Source: Vicugna vicugna
Taxonomy: Eukaryota
DNA: 64,000 bases
Direction: 5' to 3'
NCBI GenBank assembly: GCA_013265495.1
Contig: MU061050.1
Location: 2,312,307-2,376,306, forward strand
This document shows, piece by piece, positions 10,081 to 23,408 of this stretch. Position numbers and translations under genes: made by a program. Position 1 is the first letter of the stretch. Each line of letters opens with the position of its first letter. Below the pieces are notes generated by a model. That model ran no database searches and had not been told where the DNA came from. It saw only the letters and a list, made by a program, of their open reading frames with translations.

Positions 10081-12824
10081 GGGTGTTTTGTCATCTGTCC
10101 CCTAGGGTGGAAGCAGGCGTCACTCTCTAGAGGGTGGAAGGGTGGAAGAGGGCACAGAACTGAGTAAAAGCCCTTCTGCCCGTGGGCAGCCACCCATCCT
10201 CCCGCACTGCCACCAGCGTTTTAGAATTCTGATGTCCCTTATCCTAATAGATATATGCATTTGACAAGGTACTGTGATCTTAACAAACATTATGTGAATT
10301 TAAAAATTTTTTTAATTTAACAGACATTTATTAAAAATCTCCTTGGTCCAAACCACTCTGAAACACTAAAGATTCAGAGTTAAGTAAACAGGGCTGTCTC
10401 CTTCAAGGACCTCACAGGCTGGCCAGGGGGAGATAAGCTGATTGCAGATATAATAACAATGATGGCTTCCAAGTGGGCTGTTAGCTGCAGGTCACAGATG
10501 CAGATGATCCCAGAGGGTGTGGGCAGCCTGCCCAGGGGGCTTGTCACTCACGTCTGCCGCAGCTCCCCTTCCTCAACCTCCAGGTACCTATTGGTCTTGC
10601 AAGCCCCAGAAAGTGAGTTGAATCTCTAGGCCTCATATAGATCATAGCTGTGAATGGAAATAAATTCACATAGAAATGAAACACCTGGCACATTGGGAAC
10701 CTGCTGGAACCCACCTTTGCCCAGTCCCTTCCTGCCCTTGCCTGCATCAGTGAGCGCCCCCAGGCTGCCCTCTGCTTTGAGCTCAGACCTCTGTGGACAC
10801 GGTGCCCTTTAGTAAAGCCAGTTTTATTTCTAGACGTTTCCATTCTCTAGTCCTCTCACCCCCAGTACCGCCCTCAGGATGCTCAGAAGAACATGGCCCT
10901 GGGACGCAGAGCAGCTGCAGGAGGCATCACAACAGCCCGTGGCCGCCCCGCTGCCATCTCTCAGGGGCTGTGCCCGTCCCCGGCCAGGCGGCCTAGCCCC
11001 TTGGGTCTCAGCCCTGGCCCTCCTCTCCCTCCAGTCCGGTGTCTGAGCACCCACTACACACTCCGCACTCCGGCTGGCAGGCCGAGGACCGCCTGCCTGG
11101 ACTTTCCTGCCACCTCCCTCAGCAGCTCCAGCCCAGTCAGACTCCGGGCCTTGGGCAGGCGCCCTCCCCTTGCTGGGACTCAGTGCTCCTGTCCCTGCGA
11201 TGACGGGGGTGGGGGAGGGCAGATGCCTCCAGTGTCCTCCCTGCTCCCGCTTTCATAGCCACCTGTCTGTTCCCACTTTAGGGTTTTGTGGGAGCCATTT
11301 CCCTCCTCCCTTCGAGCATGCCTCCAACTCTCCTCCAGGAAGCCTTCCCTGATCAACCCCTTGAGCACCATGCGTTCAGTTCTGTTGGCACCAAGTAGAC
11401 CTACTCCAATGCTGATGCCAGGGCTTCATGGGGGCCTTACCCCCTCATAGCCTTCATTTCTCAAGAGGCCACCCAAATATACACAACCTACGGGGAAAAC
11501 AGGCAGCTTAGTATGGAAATGTGACCTCCAGGTAAGTTTCTGCACACACCCCCACCTACCCTAAAGCCCGACTGTCTAGAAGTTCCCACAGCCTGTATTC
11601 TGTGCTCCTGTATCCAGGTTTCCAACAGCTGTTAGGTCTCCTCCTGGGGTTCCAGTTGCAAGCTGCCTGGGTTGAAGAGGGCCTCTTGAGTGTGACCTCC
11701 CCTGGACAGGTCACCCCACTCTCCAATTGCTTTGTGAGGATAATGACACCAGTTGGTGACCAAGTAATGTATTTAGAGTTCCTGAGGTGCTTTCATGCAT
11801 GGAAGCCCATTTTGCTCTGAAACCACCCTGTGTGGTAGACATGGCATGTACAATTAGCCCATTCCATGGATGTGGAAACTGAGGCCCTGGGAGGTTTAAC
11901 ACCTGGCACATAGTTCATTAAGTGACAAAGCAAGACCCCACCACCACGTCTGCCTACCTGCCTCACTGCCTTCTGCACGGCTCTGTTTGCCAGGTCAGAT
12001 TTTAATCTGTGCTAGCGTCAGGGCTGTGGAGCCGTGGGCCTGGGACTGACAGGGGAGCCAGAATAAGCGGATTTAACTTCTAATCTGACTTGTCCAGCTG
12101 GTTCAGAATGCAGCCAAACGGGGAAATTTGGTTCTGCTTCCACTCCGCTTCCCCTCTCCCACAGCTGCTCTGGCATCCTCTTGCCTCTTTCCCCGCCACC
12201 CCCCACCCCCCCACTCTGGGAGCTGCGGGGTGGGGCAGGGGGTCCCAGGAGGATGTGAGCCTATGGACAGGCGGGATGTTTTTCCTACTCTGCATTGTTC
12301 TGCCCGTGCCCATTGTGTGGGCTGAGAGCAGGACGTCACCAAGTCGCCTGGCAAGCTTTCAGCAGAGCTGGAGAACATTTCCGGAGGGAACTGACCCATT
12401 ATGAATGGCTGAAGCTTTTTACAAGCTTTGGCATTTCTTTGGCCCCGCCCGTTGGAGACTTGGTTCCTGGCAGCCAGCCCCGAGGTTAAAGGTCCCTCTT
12501 GGGTCTGCCAACACCTGACCCCAACTTGGGATGGCTCACACCTGAGGGTGGGAAAAGACCTGGTCACCTTGAAAAGTTTCACTGAGCTCACCCCAGAGGA
12601 AACACAAGGTCAGAATTATTTTAAAGCTGCTCTATGTTTGCTGTGGGGTGAGTAATGCTCAGTGTTCTTAACTCGCAGCTCTTCCCTCCCAGGGGAGGCA
12701 TTTATTCAAGCATCCCTCTCGTTACCGCTAGGCTGGGTGTGCCTCCAGAGCGGGTCCTGGATACCCGGTGCATTGCATTGGTTTTCTCACGGTTTGGTTG
12801 AATTCTCATGGCAAGACCAATAAG

Positions 12825-13142
12825 CAGGTATAATGCCCCATTTCTTACAGATGAGAAAACTGAGACTCACAGAGGTTAGGAATTCATTCCAGCCCACATA
12901 GCTGCTTCGTGGCAGAGCTGGGATTTGAACCCAGGTCTGTGACACTCCAAAGTCCACGATCTACAACAGGATATCTCAAACATTCACTTGCATAAGAGTT
13001 GACTGGGGTGCTGGCTAAGAATGCAGATTTCTGGGCCCTGCACTCTCCCTCATTCTAAGTCAATAAATCAGGGCGGGGCAGAAATCTGCATTTTTGCCAA
13101 ACAACACAGGGGATTCTGAAGCCACAGGTTGAGCAACACTGC
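12825..13142. mobile_element. MIR (-) followed by a MER5-type hAT-Charlie element
   Basis: tttcttacagatgagaaaactgagactcacagagg (MIR), then tctcaaac...aatgcagatttctgggccc...aaatctgcattttt...tgagcaacactg (MER5-like). Confidence 0.7.
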
Positions 13143-13190
13143 CTTGGGGGCTGCGCTCCATTTTGTGACTTCATCCAAGAGAGCAGCATC

Positions 13191-13325
13191 CTGGTAATAG
13201 CTTAGTGGTAGCTCAGGATACATGAGGTCCTGGGTTCAATCCCTGATACCTCCATTAAGATAAATAAACCTAATTACCCTCCCCCTCAAATAAAAATACT
13301 TTAAATACATAAATAAATAAAAACA
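13191..13325 (+). mobile_element. tRNA-derived camelid-type SINE
   Basis: atagcttagtggtag...gaggtcctgggttcaatccctgatacctcc with the taaataaacctaattaccctcccc tail. Confidence 0.88.
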
Positions 13326-13594
13326 TAGGCCCAGCCCCAGGCCCCTGCTGAAGCGTCTGGAGGTGGCCCTCTCCCCTCACTTGCCCCTGCCTGTGTATGA
13401 AACCCAGGAGAAGCAGCCTGGAGCCCCAAAAGACAAGGGGAACCCACCTGCAGCCCAGAAAAGTCTCGCTTTACAACATCTTTCTCTGTGTGGCCTGAGC
13501 AACAAGTTCAGAGTAAAGGGGCTCTCGTTCACCCATCCGATGTTTATGGACCATGGCCATGGGATGCTCCTCCGAGATTCTCCGATGCGAGTAG

Positions 13595-13803
13595 AGCAGG
13601 TATTTCAGACCTGGATGCATCAGGAACCACCTGCTCCAGGGTTACCTGGAGCTGGGGGAGGTTGCTAAGAATGCAGAGTCCTGGTCCCCACCCCAGACCT
13701 TCTTAGCCAGAATCCCTGGGGGGATGAACTCCAGGAATCTGCGTTTTGTTGTAAGTGTGCTCCCCAGACAATTCTGAAGCAAATAGAGGTTTGCGAACTA
13801 GTG
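13595..13803. mobile_element. MER5-type hAT-Charlie element
   Basis: gttgctaagaatgcagagtcctggtccccaccccagacct...gaatctgcgtttt...attctgaagc...tttgcgaactagtg. Confidence 0.65.
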
Positions 13804-15049
13804 CCCAGCAGGTCTGGGAAGGAAAGGAACTCCTGAGGTTAAGGAGCCTGATGGGGCCCCCAGGCTACAGCCCAGGTGGGAACCCCTGGGGCGCGGCTGT
13901 GGACTGGTGAAAAGAGTGCCACGCTAAGTGCGTGGAACTCTGGGTTTGAATCCTAGCCAGGCCAGTCTGCACTCCTGGACAAGTGACAACCTCCCTGGGC
14001 CTAGTTCCTCATGGGCCAAATGAGGATAATCTGGTCCGCCTCTCTGCATGGCTGTGAAGACCTGGTGAGCACGCAGTGGGCGCTGTGTGGACGGCAGCAG
14101 GTGTGCAGTGGAAACTGATTCTACGTTCAGGCAATGCCGACAGAGGGCTCCCAGCAGCATCGAGAGCCAAGGGCTGGGTTGGGCACTTCATTCTGTTGGA
14201 GAGCCAAGGGCTGGGTTGGGCAGTTGGGGTTAGAATTCAGAATCACGACTGTGGACCCTGATGGAGTGGCCTGGGGCACCCTCAGAGGGTCAGAGGTCGG
14301 GCTGTAGCCTGAAGGACCCTGAAGCCCAAGTCATGTGCAAAGGGCTGTTTCCATCACTCCGCTCCCCTGTCCGTCCACTCCCAAGACCCTCAACTTCACA
14401 CCAAGAATCACACCAAAAGCACGGGCTCTGAGGGGTCAGCTTCCCATACGACCCTCACTGTTACTCAGTCTTGTTTCCCTGGAGTTGTCTCTGTTGAGCT
14501 GGAGGACCCTCCTCCGCACCTCCCTTGAGTGCCTCCAAGGACCCCTATCCCCTCTTCCTTGACACTCATGCCCTCCTTAGGGGCTCTTTTTTCCCTCCCC
14601 ATCTCAGCAAGCCCAGGGGCCATCAGGCCAAGTACCAACTACCTCCAGGGAAAAGGATCTGATAAACCAATTCATAGCCAGCAGGCGGACTAGGCAGACG
14701 GAAGCCCTGCCCCGGAACAGTTGCACTTTACAAGCAGCTGCAAGAAAGACAGACAGGAGGACTTGAGGTGTGCATCTGCCCTGGCAGTATAGCCTTGAGG
14801 CCAAGGGCACACGCTCTGGAGACAGAGGGTTCAAATCCTGGCTAGACCATTCATTCATTGAGAGCCCTTGGGCCACCTGCTTCACCTGTCTATGCCTTAG
14901 TTTCCTTACATACAAAACAGAGACATAACAAACATATCCACTTTTTTAACACAGGGAAAGCACTCAGAACCCGTCTGGCACATATTAGGTATTCAGTAAC
15001 TATTAGTCATTATTGCTTACTAATGGAAGGATTTGGGATGTGGGGGAGC

Positions 15050-15160
15050 CTTTTTTTTTTTTTTTTTTAGATTTTTTTCTACTCTTTTTTTTTAATGGGT
15101 TGAACCCAGGACCTCCTGCATGCTCAGCACACACTCTATCACTAAGCTAAACCCTCTCCC
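15050..15160 (-). mobile_element. tRNA-derived camelid-type SINE
   Basis: Poly(T) followed by ttgaacccaggacctcctgcatgctcagcacacactctatcactaagctaaaccctctccc. Confidence 0.85.
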
Positions 15161-16519
15161 GGGGGAGACTTTTAATAGTCTGGATTTCATAGGTTAACTG
15201 CCTGTGTCCATCCAGGGCTGTGTGTCTGCCACGTCCAAGCGTAGTCCTGGCTGCCCTCATCTAAAAGGGTTGCTGTGAACGGCGCCAAGTGTCCGTGTTC
15301 TCAGGCTGGGTTCATCCTCTTGGTAAATCTTCTCGGAAATAAGGATGAGGATGCGAGCGACAGCGGCTGGATTAAGGGAGAGTCTCTATTAGTATCTCTT
15401 AAGCCAGGGCTTAAGGGAAAGCAGACATGGACATGAAAGGAATTTGACATCTGCTCCTCTCTGCCAGGTCCTTTAAGTTCAGTCCCTGTGAACTGGGGCA
15501 GGGCTTGGTGAGATGGGAGTGGGGGCAGCTTGTGAATCACTGGGTGTCTGTGCTCTGAGACACCAGGACGGAGTGGGATTCTCTGAGAGCTTTGTTCTCC
15601 CGTATCAGTCTGTGTGTCTGCAAAAAGGCAAAGAACAGACGCAAATCCTCCAAGAAATGGGATGGATGATAGGTCCTGTTCAGTCGCTCCTCCTGCTCCA
15701 ATCTCTCCGGCCTCTGGACAATTTCCCTCTGGATAAGGGCAGGCAGGAAGACTCAGAAGGCTTCTGGAGGGGACTGAAAGTCTCTGGGACAAACGTCACC
15801 TTATCTCCCAGCCCCACTTTCCCCAACGAACATGAGAAAAGCACTCTTCCCCGTCCCCTCTCCCTCAGGCAGACCAGCCACCCTGGGAGAGTCCTTTCCC
15901 ATCAGGCGGGACCACTGGGGGTTGATCCGTGCCCATCACTGGCTTGGAAGATGCAGCTCCATCTGAAGAAGGCCACTAGGCAGAGGGCCCCACCAGGATG
16001 GGACCAAGGGCTGCAGCCAGGTCGGGCAGAGCACCAAGATCACACCCCAGAAACTCATAAGCAGGAAGGAGACGCCAAAGTGAAGGAAGCACTGCCGCCA
16101 GCAGTCACTCTCTGAGCACCTTCAACTCACAGGAGGTGGAGGAAGCACGAGGGAGCCCTCGGGCCCACACTTGCCCTGCGTTCATGCTGAGTCGGCACCT
16201 GGGCTGCACCTGGAGCTTCAGGGCCTCGTAAGACAAGGGCCACACACATGAGGACCCCCGTCGAGACAGTGGGTCACCTGAGCACAGAGGAGGGCCCCAC
16301 TGATTCTATCTGGGAGGAGGGACATTTGAACTGGACACTGAAGGCTGGGTCACATTTCTGCAGGACAGGAGAGAACAGCCAAAGGACCTTGTTCAGAGGT
16401 CACAAATCCTCCCGGGGCTGGGGGCGGGGTAGGGGGAAGGATGACAGGTGACGATGGACATGTAGGTGGGACGTCGGCAGGTACATTGAAGGCACTGAGC
16501 TTTATCCTGTGGGCAGAGG

Positions 16520-17620
16520 CGAGTGGGGAACATACATAATTTTTTCTGGATTATTGGAAACAATATACCTTTGGCATAAAAGCCAGAGAAACAGAAAAAA
16601 GTATAAAGAAGAAAATTAAAGTCGCTGATATGCCAACTACCCAGAAATAACTACTGGTAACATTTTAATGTTTTCCTTTCAGATTCTTTCTTGTAAAGAG
16701 ATCTTTAAAATGAGTGCAAGCATGATAGCTACAATATGTGATAAATAGGCTTATTAATAAAGCAAAATGCATATTTCATATTAGAACATATTCCAAATTC
16801 AGTGAATATATAGATAAATCTACAAATTATTTTATAATAATTTAGTATAATAAGGTGCTTTTTAAAAATACATAAGTAAGGTAGAGGGTACAGCTCAGTG
16901 GTAGAACACATGCTTAGCATGCATGAGGTCCTGGGTTCAATCCCCAGTCCCTCTATTTAAATAAATAAATAAATAAACCCAATTTCTTCCCCCATCAGAA
17001 AAATTAAAAAAAATTGTAATGGATAAAAAAACTAAATCGAGATGTTATAAAGGGAAAGGTTAATTTTTATTTATTTGTGTGCTCCATAATTCAAAAGGCA
17101 CAAGAGGGTATATAGTGAAAATGTCCCTTTCACCCCATCCACTACGATCTAGCTCCCCTCCTTGGACTCAGTAAATGTTATAACCTTCCAGGAATTCTAT
17201 GCATAGGCAAGAAGATAAACACATATTATTTTGTCCCCAATTTACACAAATGTTACACAAGTGTTAGTCACTTTTTCTGCATCCTTCAGTTTTTAATTAG
17301 TATATCTTAGATACCACTTCCTATGAATACATAAAATTTTTCTCATTTTTATAGCTATATAATATTCCATCATATGAATGTATTCTAAAGTATTTAACAA
17401 GACTCTACTAATAGTCATTTGGGTTGTCTATGATTGTTTGTGTTTATAAACAGTGCTGCAATAAACAGCTCTGCGTATAAGTCATCTTGTACAAGTACAC
17501 CCCTGTGTGCAGGGTAACTTACCAGAAGTGCAATTACAGGTCAAGGGGCAGGTACAGTTATCATTTTGATGGATATCGTCAAACAGCCCTTTGTAGAGGC
17601 GATACTTACTGCTTTAAAAT
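16520..17620 (-). mobile_element. Ancient L1 (L1ME-like) fragments, interrupted by a SINE
   Basis: AT-rich reverse L1 3' UTR motifs such as aaacagtgctgcaataaac, ccagaagtgcaattacaggtcaagg and cattttgatggatatcgtcaaa. Confidence 0.6.
16881..17035 (+). mobile_element. tRNA-derived camelid-type SINE
   Basis: gagggtacagctcagtggtagaacacatgcttagcatgcatgaggtcctgggttcaatcccc followed by a (TAAA)n tail. Confidence 0.9.
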
Positions 17621-17853
17621 GTCCCTCTTTTGATGTAAATGAGAGATGAAATTGGGTCTGAATTTAGAGTGTAAGGAGGCTGGATTAGAGGTGGGCAGGC
17701 AGGGACCAGTTAGGAGGCTGCAGCAATAGTACAGGAGAGACCTGTCTGGAACTGAGCTGTGCGTCAGGACCACTGGCAAAGGATCTGGAGATGTGAATTC
17801 AAAAACGTGCTGGACTTAGAACTGACAGGACAGAGACACAAATTGGCATTTGG

Positions 17854-18760
17854 TGGCCAACAGGCACACAAAAAAATGCTTAATATCACTAATTATCAGA
17901 GAAATGCAAATCAAAACTACAATGAGGTATCACCTCACACTAGTCAGAATGGCCATAATTTAAAAATCCACAAACCATAAAGAGAGGGTGTGGAGAAAAG
18001 GGAACCCTCCCACACTGCTGGTGGAAATGTCGTTTGGTGCAGCCATTATTGAAAACAGTATGGAGATTACTTAAAAAACTAAAAATAGACTGACCATGAT
18101 CCAGCAATCCTACCCCTGGGCATACATCCAGAGGGAACTCTAATTCGAAAAGATACATATACCCCAATGTTCATAAGAGCACAATGTANNNNNNNNNNNN
18201 NNNNNNNNNNNNNNNNNNNNNNNNNNNNNNNNNNNNNNNNNNNNNNNNNNNNNNNNNNNNNNNNNNNNNNNNNNNNNNNNNNNNNNNNNNNNNNNNNNNN
18301 NNNNNNNNNNNNNNNNNNNNNNNNNNNNNNNNNNNNNNNNNNNNNNNNNNGAAGTAAGCCCAAAAGAGAAAGAAAAATACCATATGAGATCATTCATATG
18401 TGAAATCTTAAAAACAAAGAAAAGAAAAAAGAGAACACTAATGAATTTATCTACAAAAGAAACAGACTCTCAGACATAGTAAAAAAATCTTATGGTTACC
18501 GAGGAAAGGATGTGGGAAGGGATAAATTTGGGAGTTCAAGATTTGCAAATGTTAACCACTATATATAAAAATAGGTAAAAATTTTTCCTCAAAAAAATTT
18601 TTTTCCTCTATATAGCACAGGGAACTATGTTCAATGTCTTGTAATAGCCTTTAATTAAAAATGTGAAAATGAATATATGCATATATATGCATGACTGGGA
18701 CATTATGCACTACACCAGAAATTGACACATTGTAACTGACTATACTGCAGTTTAAAAAAA
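17854..18760 (+). mobile_element. 5'-truncated lineage-specific L1 (ORF2 end + 3' UTR) with 14-bp TSD
   Basis: ORF2-end motifs (gaaatgcaaatcaaaactacaatgag, gatccagcaatcc), L1 3' UTR and a poly(A). TSD aaattggcatttgg at 17840-17853 and 18761-18774. Contains an N-gap at 18189-18350. Confidence 0.93.
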
Positions 18761-20340
18761 AAATTGGCATTTGGATGTGAGGGTGCAGAGGTCTCTGACA
18801 GGGTGACTAGAGAGGTGTGGAAACGGCATCTGAAGGAAAAAGAGATAAAACAAAAGCAGCCAAACAGAAAAGGGGAAGCCCCCTGGAACCCCGTTTCCCA
18901 CAGTGTAGAGATATTGATTATAATGGTAAAATTCTTACTTTGCTTCATTCCCATATCAAGGACAATGACCTACACTCTGCAAAACGTAAAACAGACACAT
19001 TAAGAGGGAACCGAAGATTTCCCTTTAAAGGTAGATTACTGGCCACCTGGGTTTGCCACTTCCCTTTCTGTGATCCCACTAAAATGATTATAAAGTAATG
19101 AGGAAAAATTTACTCTCTCAATGGCAAAGAGACCAGGAGGGAGGCCACTAGCAGATAAACATTCTAGGCAAAATACAGAAGCTGAGAAATGGAGAAAAGA
19201 GCGGTCACTGATGAAGCCGGTGGAGCACAGTGACTCGGGGGGAGGCAGCTGAGACGGCCGCACATTATCCCATTATCCCGAGATGATATGAGGTTGGACA
19301 GTGCAGAGGAGGCAGGAGACACAGCCACAGCTGAAGTGAGGATTGACCAACGGTATCTGGAGCAGTCAACTCCCACGCAACACACGGGGCAGCCAGGGAT
19401 CCATCCCGTCAGAGGGTTCAATTCAGTGGCCCCAAAGAAGGGACTTCTGCCTCTTTTACTTGGAACCCCCACGTGAGGCAGGCTTACTGCCCAAATGAAA
19501 AGAAATCTGCCACCTGACCACCCCAGCCTTGCTCTTAAATATGAAAAGACATAGATCATCAGACATTTGAAAAAAAGCCTCTGGCATTAAAAAAAAAAAA
19601 GATAAAGATAAATGGGGGTGGGGAGGATGCTTCATAATAAAGAGAAATAATGTAGGAAATAGAAGACCGAAGGAATTTTCAAAAATGAATAGGTAATGAG
19701 GGAGAATAGAAATAAGTACAGGATGCTGTGAAAGGGGGGGCAGAAAATAAGTGCGAGCTATTGGAAATTAAAATAGGATTATGGAAATTAAAATTTCAGT
19801 AGAACGTGTTGGGAGGTAAGTGAATTAGAAATTTGCCTAATGTCTGGATAAGAGAAATATCCAGAAAAAAAAAGATAAAACAGAAGGGAAGAAATTCTCA
19901 AATAAGAAAACAAAATAATTCGCCAAAGCTGAAGGACGGCTTGTACAGGGGACGCCAAGTTTCCAACACAGCGAGTGAATGAGGCACCCACATATGAGCA
20001 CCATCAAGGTGAAGTTTTAGAATAGCAATGATAAAGACAAGATCCTAAAAACTTCCCTAGTGGAACAGAAAAGTTTGCAGACTGGCCTCAGGGCTTTCAT
20101 GAGCAAAGGCTAGAATGATGCCTTCAACATTCTGTGAAAAAAGCAATTTTCAGCGAAGGAATCTATATCCATCCAAATTATCATTCAAGTGTGAGAGTGG
20201 AGCTATAACACTTTGAGAAGCTAGGGACTCGGGAAGTCTATGACATATCACACACCCCTTCTTAAGAAATTACCTGAGATGTGGTGCAGCAAAATGATAG
20301 CCTAGACTAAAAAAACAAACAAAGGCAAAGACAAAAAAAG

Positions 20341-20510
20341 GAGGGAGGGGCGTAACTCCATAGTGGAGCTAGTGCCTAGCAGGCAGAAGGTCCTGGGTTC
20401 AATCCCCAGTACCTCCATTAAAAGACATACATACATACATACATACATACATACAAAGGAGGGGAGAAAGGATGGAGGGAAGGAAGGAAGGGAGGAAGGA
20501 AGGAAAGGAG
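20341..20510 (+). mobile_element. tRNA-derived SINE with (TACA)n tail and adjacent (GGAA)n tract
   Basis: gcctagcaggcagaaggtcctgggttcaatccccagtacctccatt, then about 8 TACA units and a purine repeat. Confidence 0.85.
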
Positions 20511-20609
20511 AAAACAGTGGGACCAGCCTAGGGCATCAGTGAAAAGAAGACATTCCCAGCCAACAGCTGTGTAACAGAAAAGCAACACGCCCAAATCAAA
20601 GCATAAGAG

Positions 20610-20765
20610 AGTAGCGCAGGGAACTATATTCAATATCTTGTTATAACCTTTACTGAAAAAGAATATGAAAACAAATATATGTATGCATATTAATGGCTGG
20701 GACATTGTGCTGCACACCAGAAACTGATGCATTGTCACTGACGACACTTCAATTTTTGAAAAAAA
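20610..20765 (+). mobile_element. Short lineage-specific L1 3' end
   Basis: cagggaactatattcaatatcttgttataacc...caccagaaactgatgcattgtcactgac plus an A-tail; same family as 17854-18760. Confidence 0.85.
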
Positions 20766-21139
20766 GAGAGAGAGGGCTCTGTGTGAGAGGTCCTTTAGAA
20801 AAAGAGGGATCTCAGAAATAGAATACTCGATAAGCTGAAAAGTTGGAAACAAACTTGAGGAAATGATCATGGCCAGTAAAGAGAAGAAGAGAAGGGGAAG
20901 GGGAAGCAGAAAGGCAATCTGAAACTATGAAAAACTAAAACAGATAAAAGAAACATAATTATAGGATGTTGCTGGCTCTGTAATAAATAATATTTACATT
21001 CTCATAAATAAAAGCATTATTTATTGGTTTTGACCTTCTAGAACCAACTAATAGGCCAAGCACAGAAGATTTAATTATGGTTAGAAAATTAAAATATACA
21101 GATCATCGACACTGAGCATTTAAAATAAGTGTTCAAGAT

Positions 21140-21280
21140 GGGAGGGTATAGCTCAGTTGTAGAGTGCATGCCTAGCATGCACAATCCATAATACCTCCAT
21201 TAAAAAATAATAAATGAGCCTAATTATTGCCCTCTCAACAAAGTTTTTAAAAAGGATAAAATAAAAATAAAATTTAAAAT
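21140..21280 (+). mobile_element. tRNA-derived SINE with internal deletion of the B-box region
   Basis: gggagggtatagctcagttgtagagtgcatgcctagcatgc is joined directly to acaatccataatacctccatt. Confidence 0.85.
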
Positions 21281-21929
21281 ATAAAGTAAATGTTCAGAAG
21301 ACAGAAGCTGAGAAGGGGAGCCAAAAGGGAGAGGTAGGAGTGATAACCATATTCTACAAAACAGTGAGTCAAAACTACTATCAATAGCTGATGCAATGAG
21401 AAATAAAAACATAAATATGTTACTTAAAGCAACATGGGTAATCAACAGATTTATTTTTATTTTATTTAGAGGAACTAAATAAAAACTGCAGTATAACTGT
21501 ATTGGGAGTAGGGTGGGGGAGGTTGGTTGGATGATCTATATGAATTAAATCCTCATCTTTCATAGTTATAAATCAATAAAGGATGTTTAAAATTGAGAAA
21601 CACAGAAACAGCAGCATAAGCACATTATTTAAAGATACAGAAATCACTCCCAGAATAAAAGAGCTAAAAGACTTAGAAGCAGTTGCCTCAAGGAGCAGGA
21701 CTAGAGGGAGAAGAAATGAGGGTGGGACTGTTCATTGTTGGCTCTTCTGTTCTACTTTATTTTTAACCATGTACATGAATTCCTTGGATATGAAAATTTA
21801 AGTACATCACAAGATAGATGAGAGCTTACGTGGCTGCAAATGAATTCTGGGACCAGAGTCAGATGAATTAGACACAGAGTCATGAAATACCTTGCATGTA
21901 GGACTGAAAAACAACCTGGATAAATGATG

Positions 21930-22070
21930 AGAACGTCGAAGATAAAAAAATGTTCTGATTTTCACAAAGAGACAGAAGGTATTTCTGGAAACTATAGACC
22001 AAATGGCTTGATATAGAATCTTGGCAAAATTCTAGCACAGATTATTAAAACAGATGGCTTGAGAGTGCTT
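21930..22070 (+). mobile_element. L3/CR1 reverse-transcriptase remnant
   Basis: 21987-22049 translates GNYRPNGLI*NLGKILAQIIK, against the CR1 RT motif GNYRPVSLTSIPGKILEQIIK. Confidence 0.75.
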
Positions 22071-22184
22071 CGTGATTTATTTATTTATTTATACTCTGCT
22101 TCCTCCCAAAAAGAAGAATTTGTAGCAGCTGACAAAGACACAGACAATACATAAGACAAAAAAAAAAAGGTTTTAATGAGAAAA

Positions 22185-22735
22185 GATCCTCAAAAAAGTT
22201 AAACATAGAAGTACCATATGATCCAGCAAATCCTCTTGTAGGTATATACCCAAGGGAACTGAGACATGGTCACATAAAAACTTGTAAATGAATGTCTGTA
22301 GCAGCATTATTCATGATAGCCAAAAGCTGGAAACCCAAATGCGCATGGAAAAACAAAATGTGGTACATCTATACAATGGAATATTACTCAGTCATTAAAA
22401 AGTGAATAAAGTATTGATACGTACTACAACATGAGGGAAACTTGAAAATATTATGCTAAATAAATGAAGCTGGAAATAAAGGGGACATAATTATATGATC
22501 CCGTTTATATGAAATGTCCAGAATAGGCAAATCCATAGGCAGAAAGTAGACTGTTGATTGCCAAAGGGGAGGGCAGGAATGAGGAGTGACTGTTAATGAG
22601 CAAAGAATCTCTTTTGGGGGTGTTGAAAATGTTCTGGAATTACGTAGTGGTGATGTGAATACACTAAAAACCACCAAATTGTACACTTTAAAAGAGGAAA
22701 TTTTATACTGTGTGAATTATATTGATTGAAAAGCA
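22185..22735 (+). mobile_element. L1MB-type 3' end fragment
   Basis: aaacatagaagtaccatatgatccagcaa...aatggaatattactcag...gaaatgtccagaataggcaaatccatag...aattgtacactttaaaag. Confidence 0.85.
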
Positions 22736-23408
22736 TTATGGGAAAAAATGAGGAAAGGAGGGTGAAGAGAAAAGGACAGAAAATAAAGAGGAATCAGGTC
22801 AGGGCACAACACATGTACCATAAAATGCTATCCAGGTGATAAAGGTGGATCACGACTCTGACCAGGAGCATTCCGGCAGCTAGTACAAGCTTGGAAAACA
22901 GTGTTCATTAAATGATTTCCAGCATCCATAAGATAAACATGAACTGGTTCATCAGGAGAATCACAGCTTTTCCTGGTGCAGATGCCAATAGAAATCTCTC
23001 CTATGTGTCTTCTTACCCACTTCAGGGGTCATTGGCAACATCCCTACCGTAACTCCACTCACGTATCTTAGAGTTGCTCAAACTAAGCACAAAACCCAGG
23101 ATGAGTCAATAAAGACACTTTAATGAGGGGCCTAAATGGTGCAAGATATACAAGCAGTTCCTGTTGATAAAATGTTCATTGTCTGGAGCAGTGGTTTCCA
23201 GCCTTGGCTGTGCATTAGGAAGCTCCAGGGAGCTTTTGCAAAATACAAACGCAAGACTCCATAAACCAGAAAGTCTGACTTTTTTGAGCTTCCAGATGAT
23301 TCTAACATACATATGATCCCCAGCTTATGATGTTTCAACTTCTGATACTTTGACTTTACACTGGTGTGAGAGCGATATGCATTCAGTGGGAACCAAATTT
23401 GGAATTTT

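Larger units (their letters stand above)
19480..21790 (+). mobile_element. Ancient L1 ORF1/HAL1-like region, fragmented by younger insertions
   Basis: A-rich decayed sequence with motifs typical of the ORF1 3' part (gatgccttcaacattctg, ctatatccatccaaattatcattcaagtgtgagag, cttaagaaattacctgagatgtg). Family call from memory. Confidence 0.5.

Noticed and set aside
10754-10775. CTCF-like motif gcgcccccaggctgcc
   Set aside because: Three mismatches in the core, so it is not supportable without a PWM score or ChIP data.
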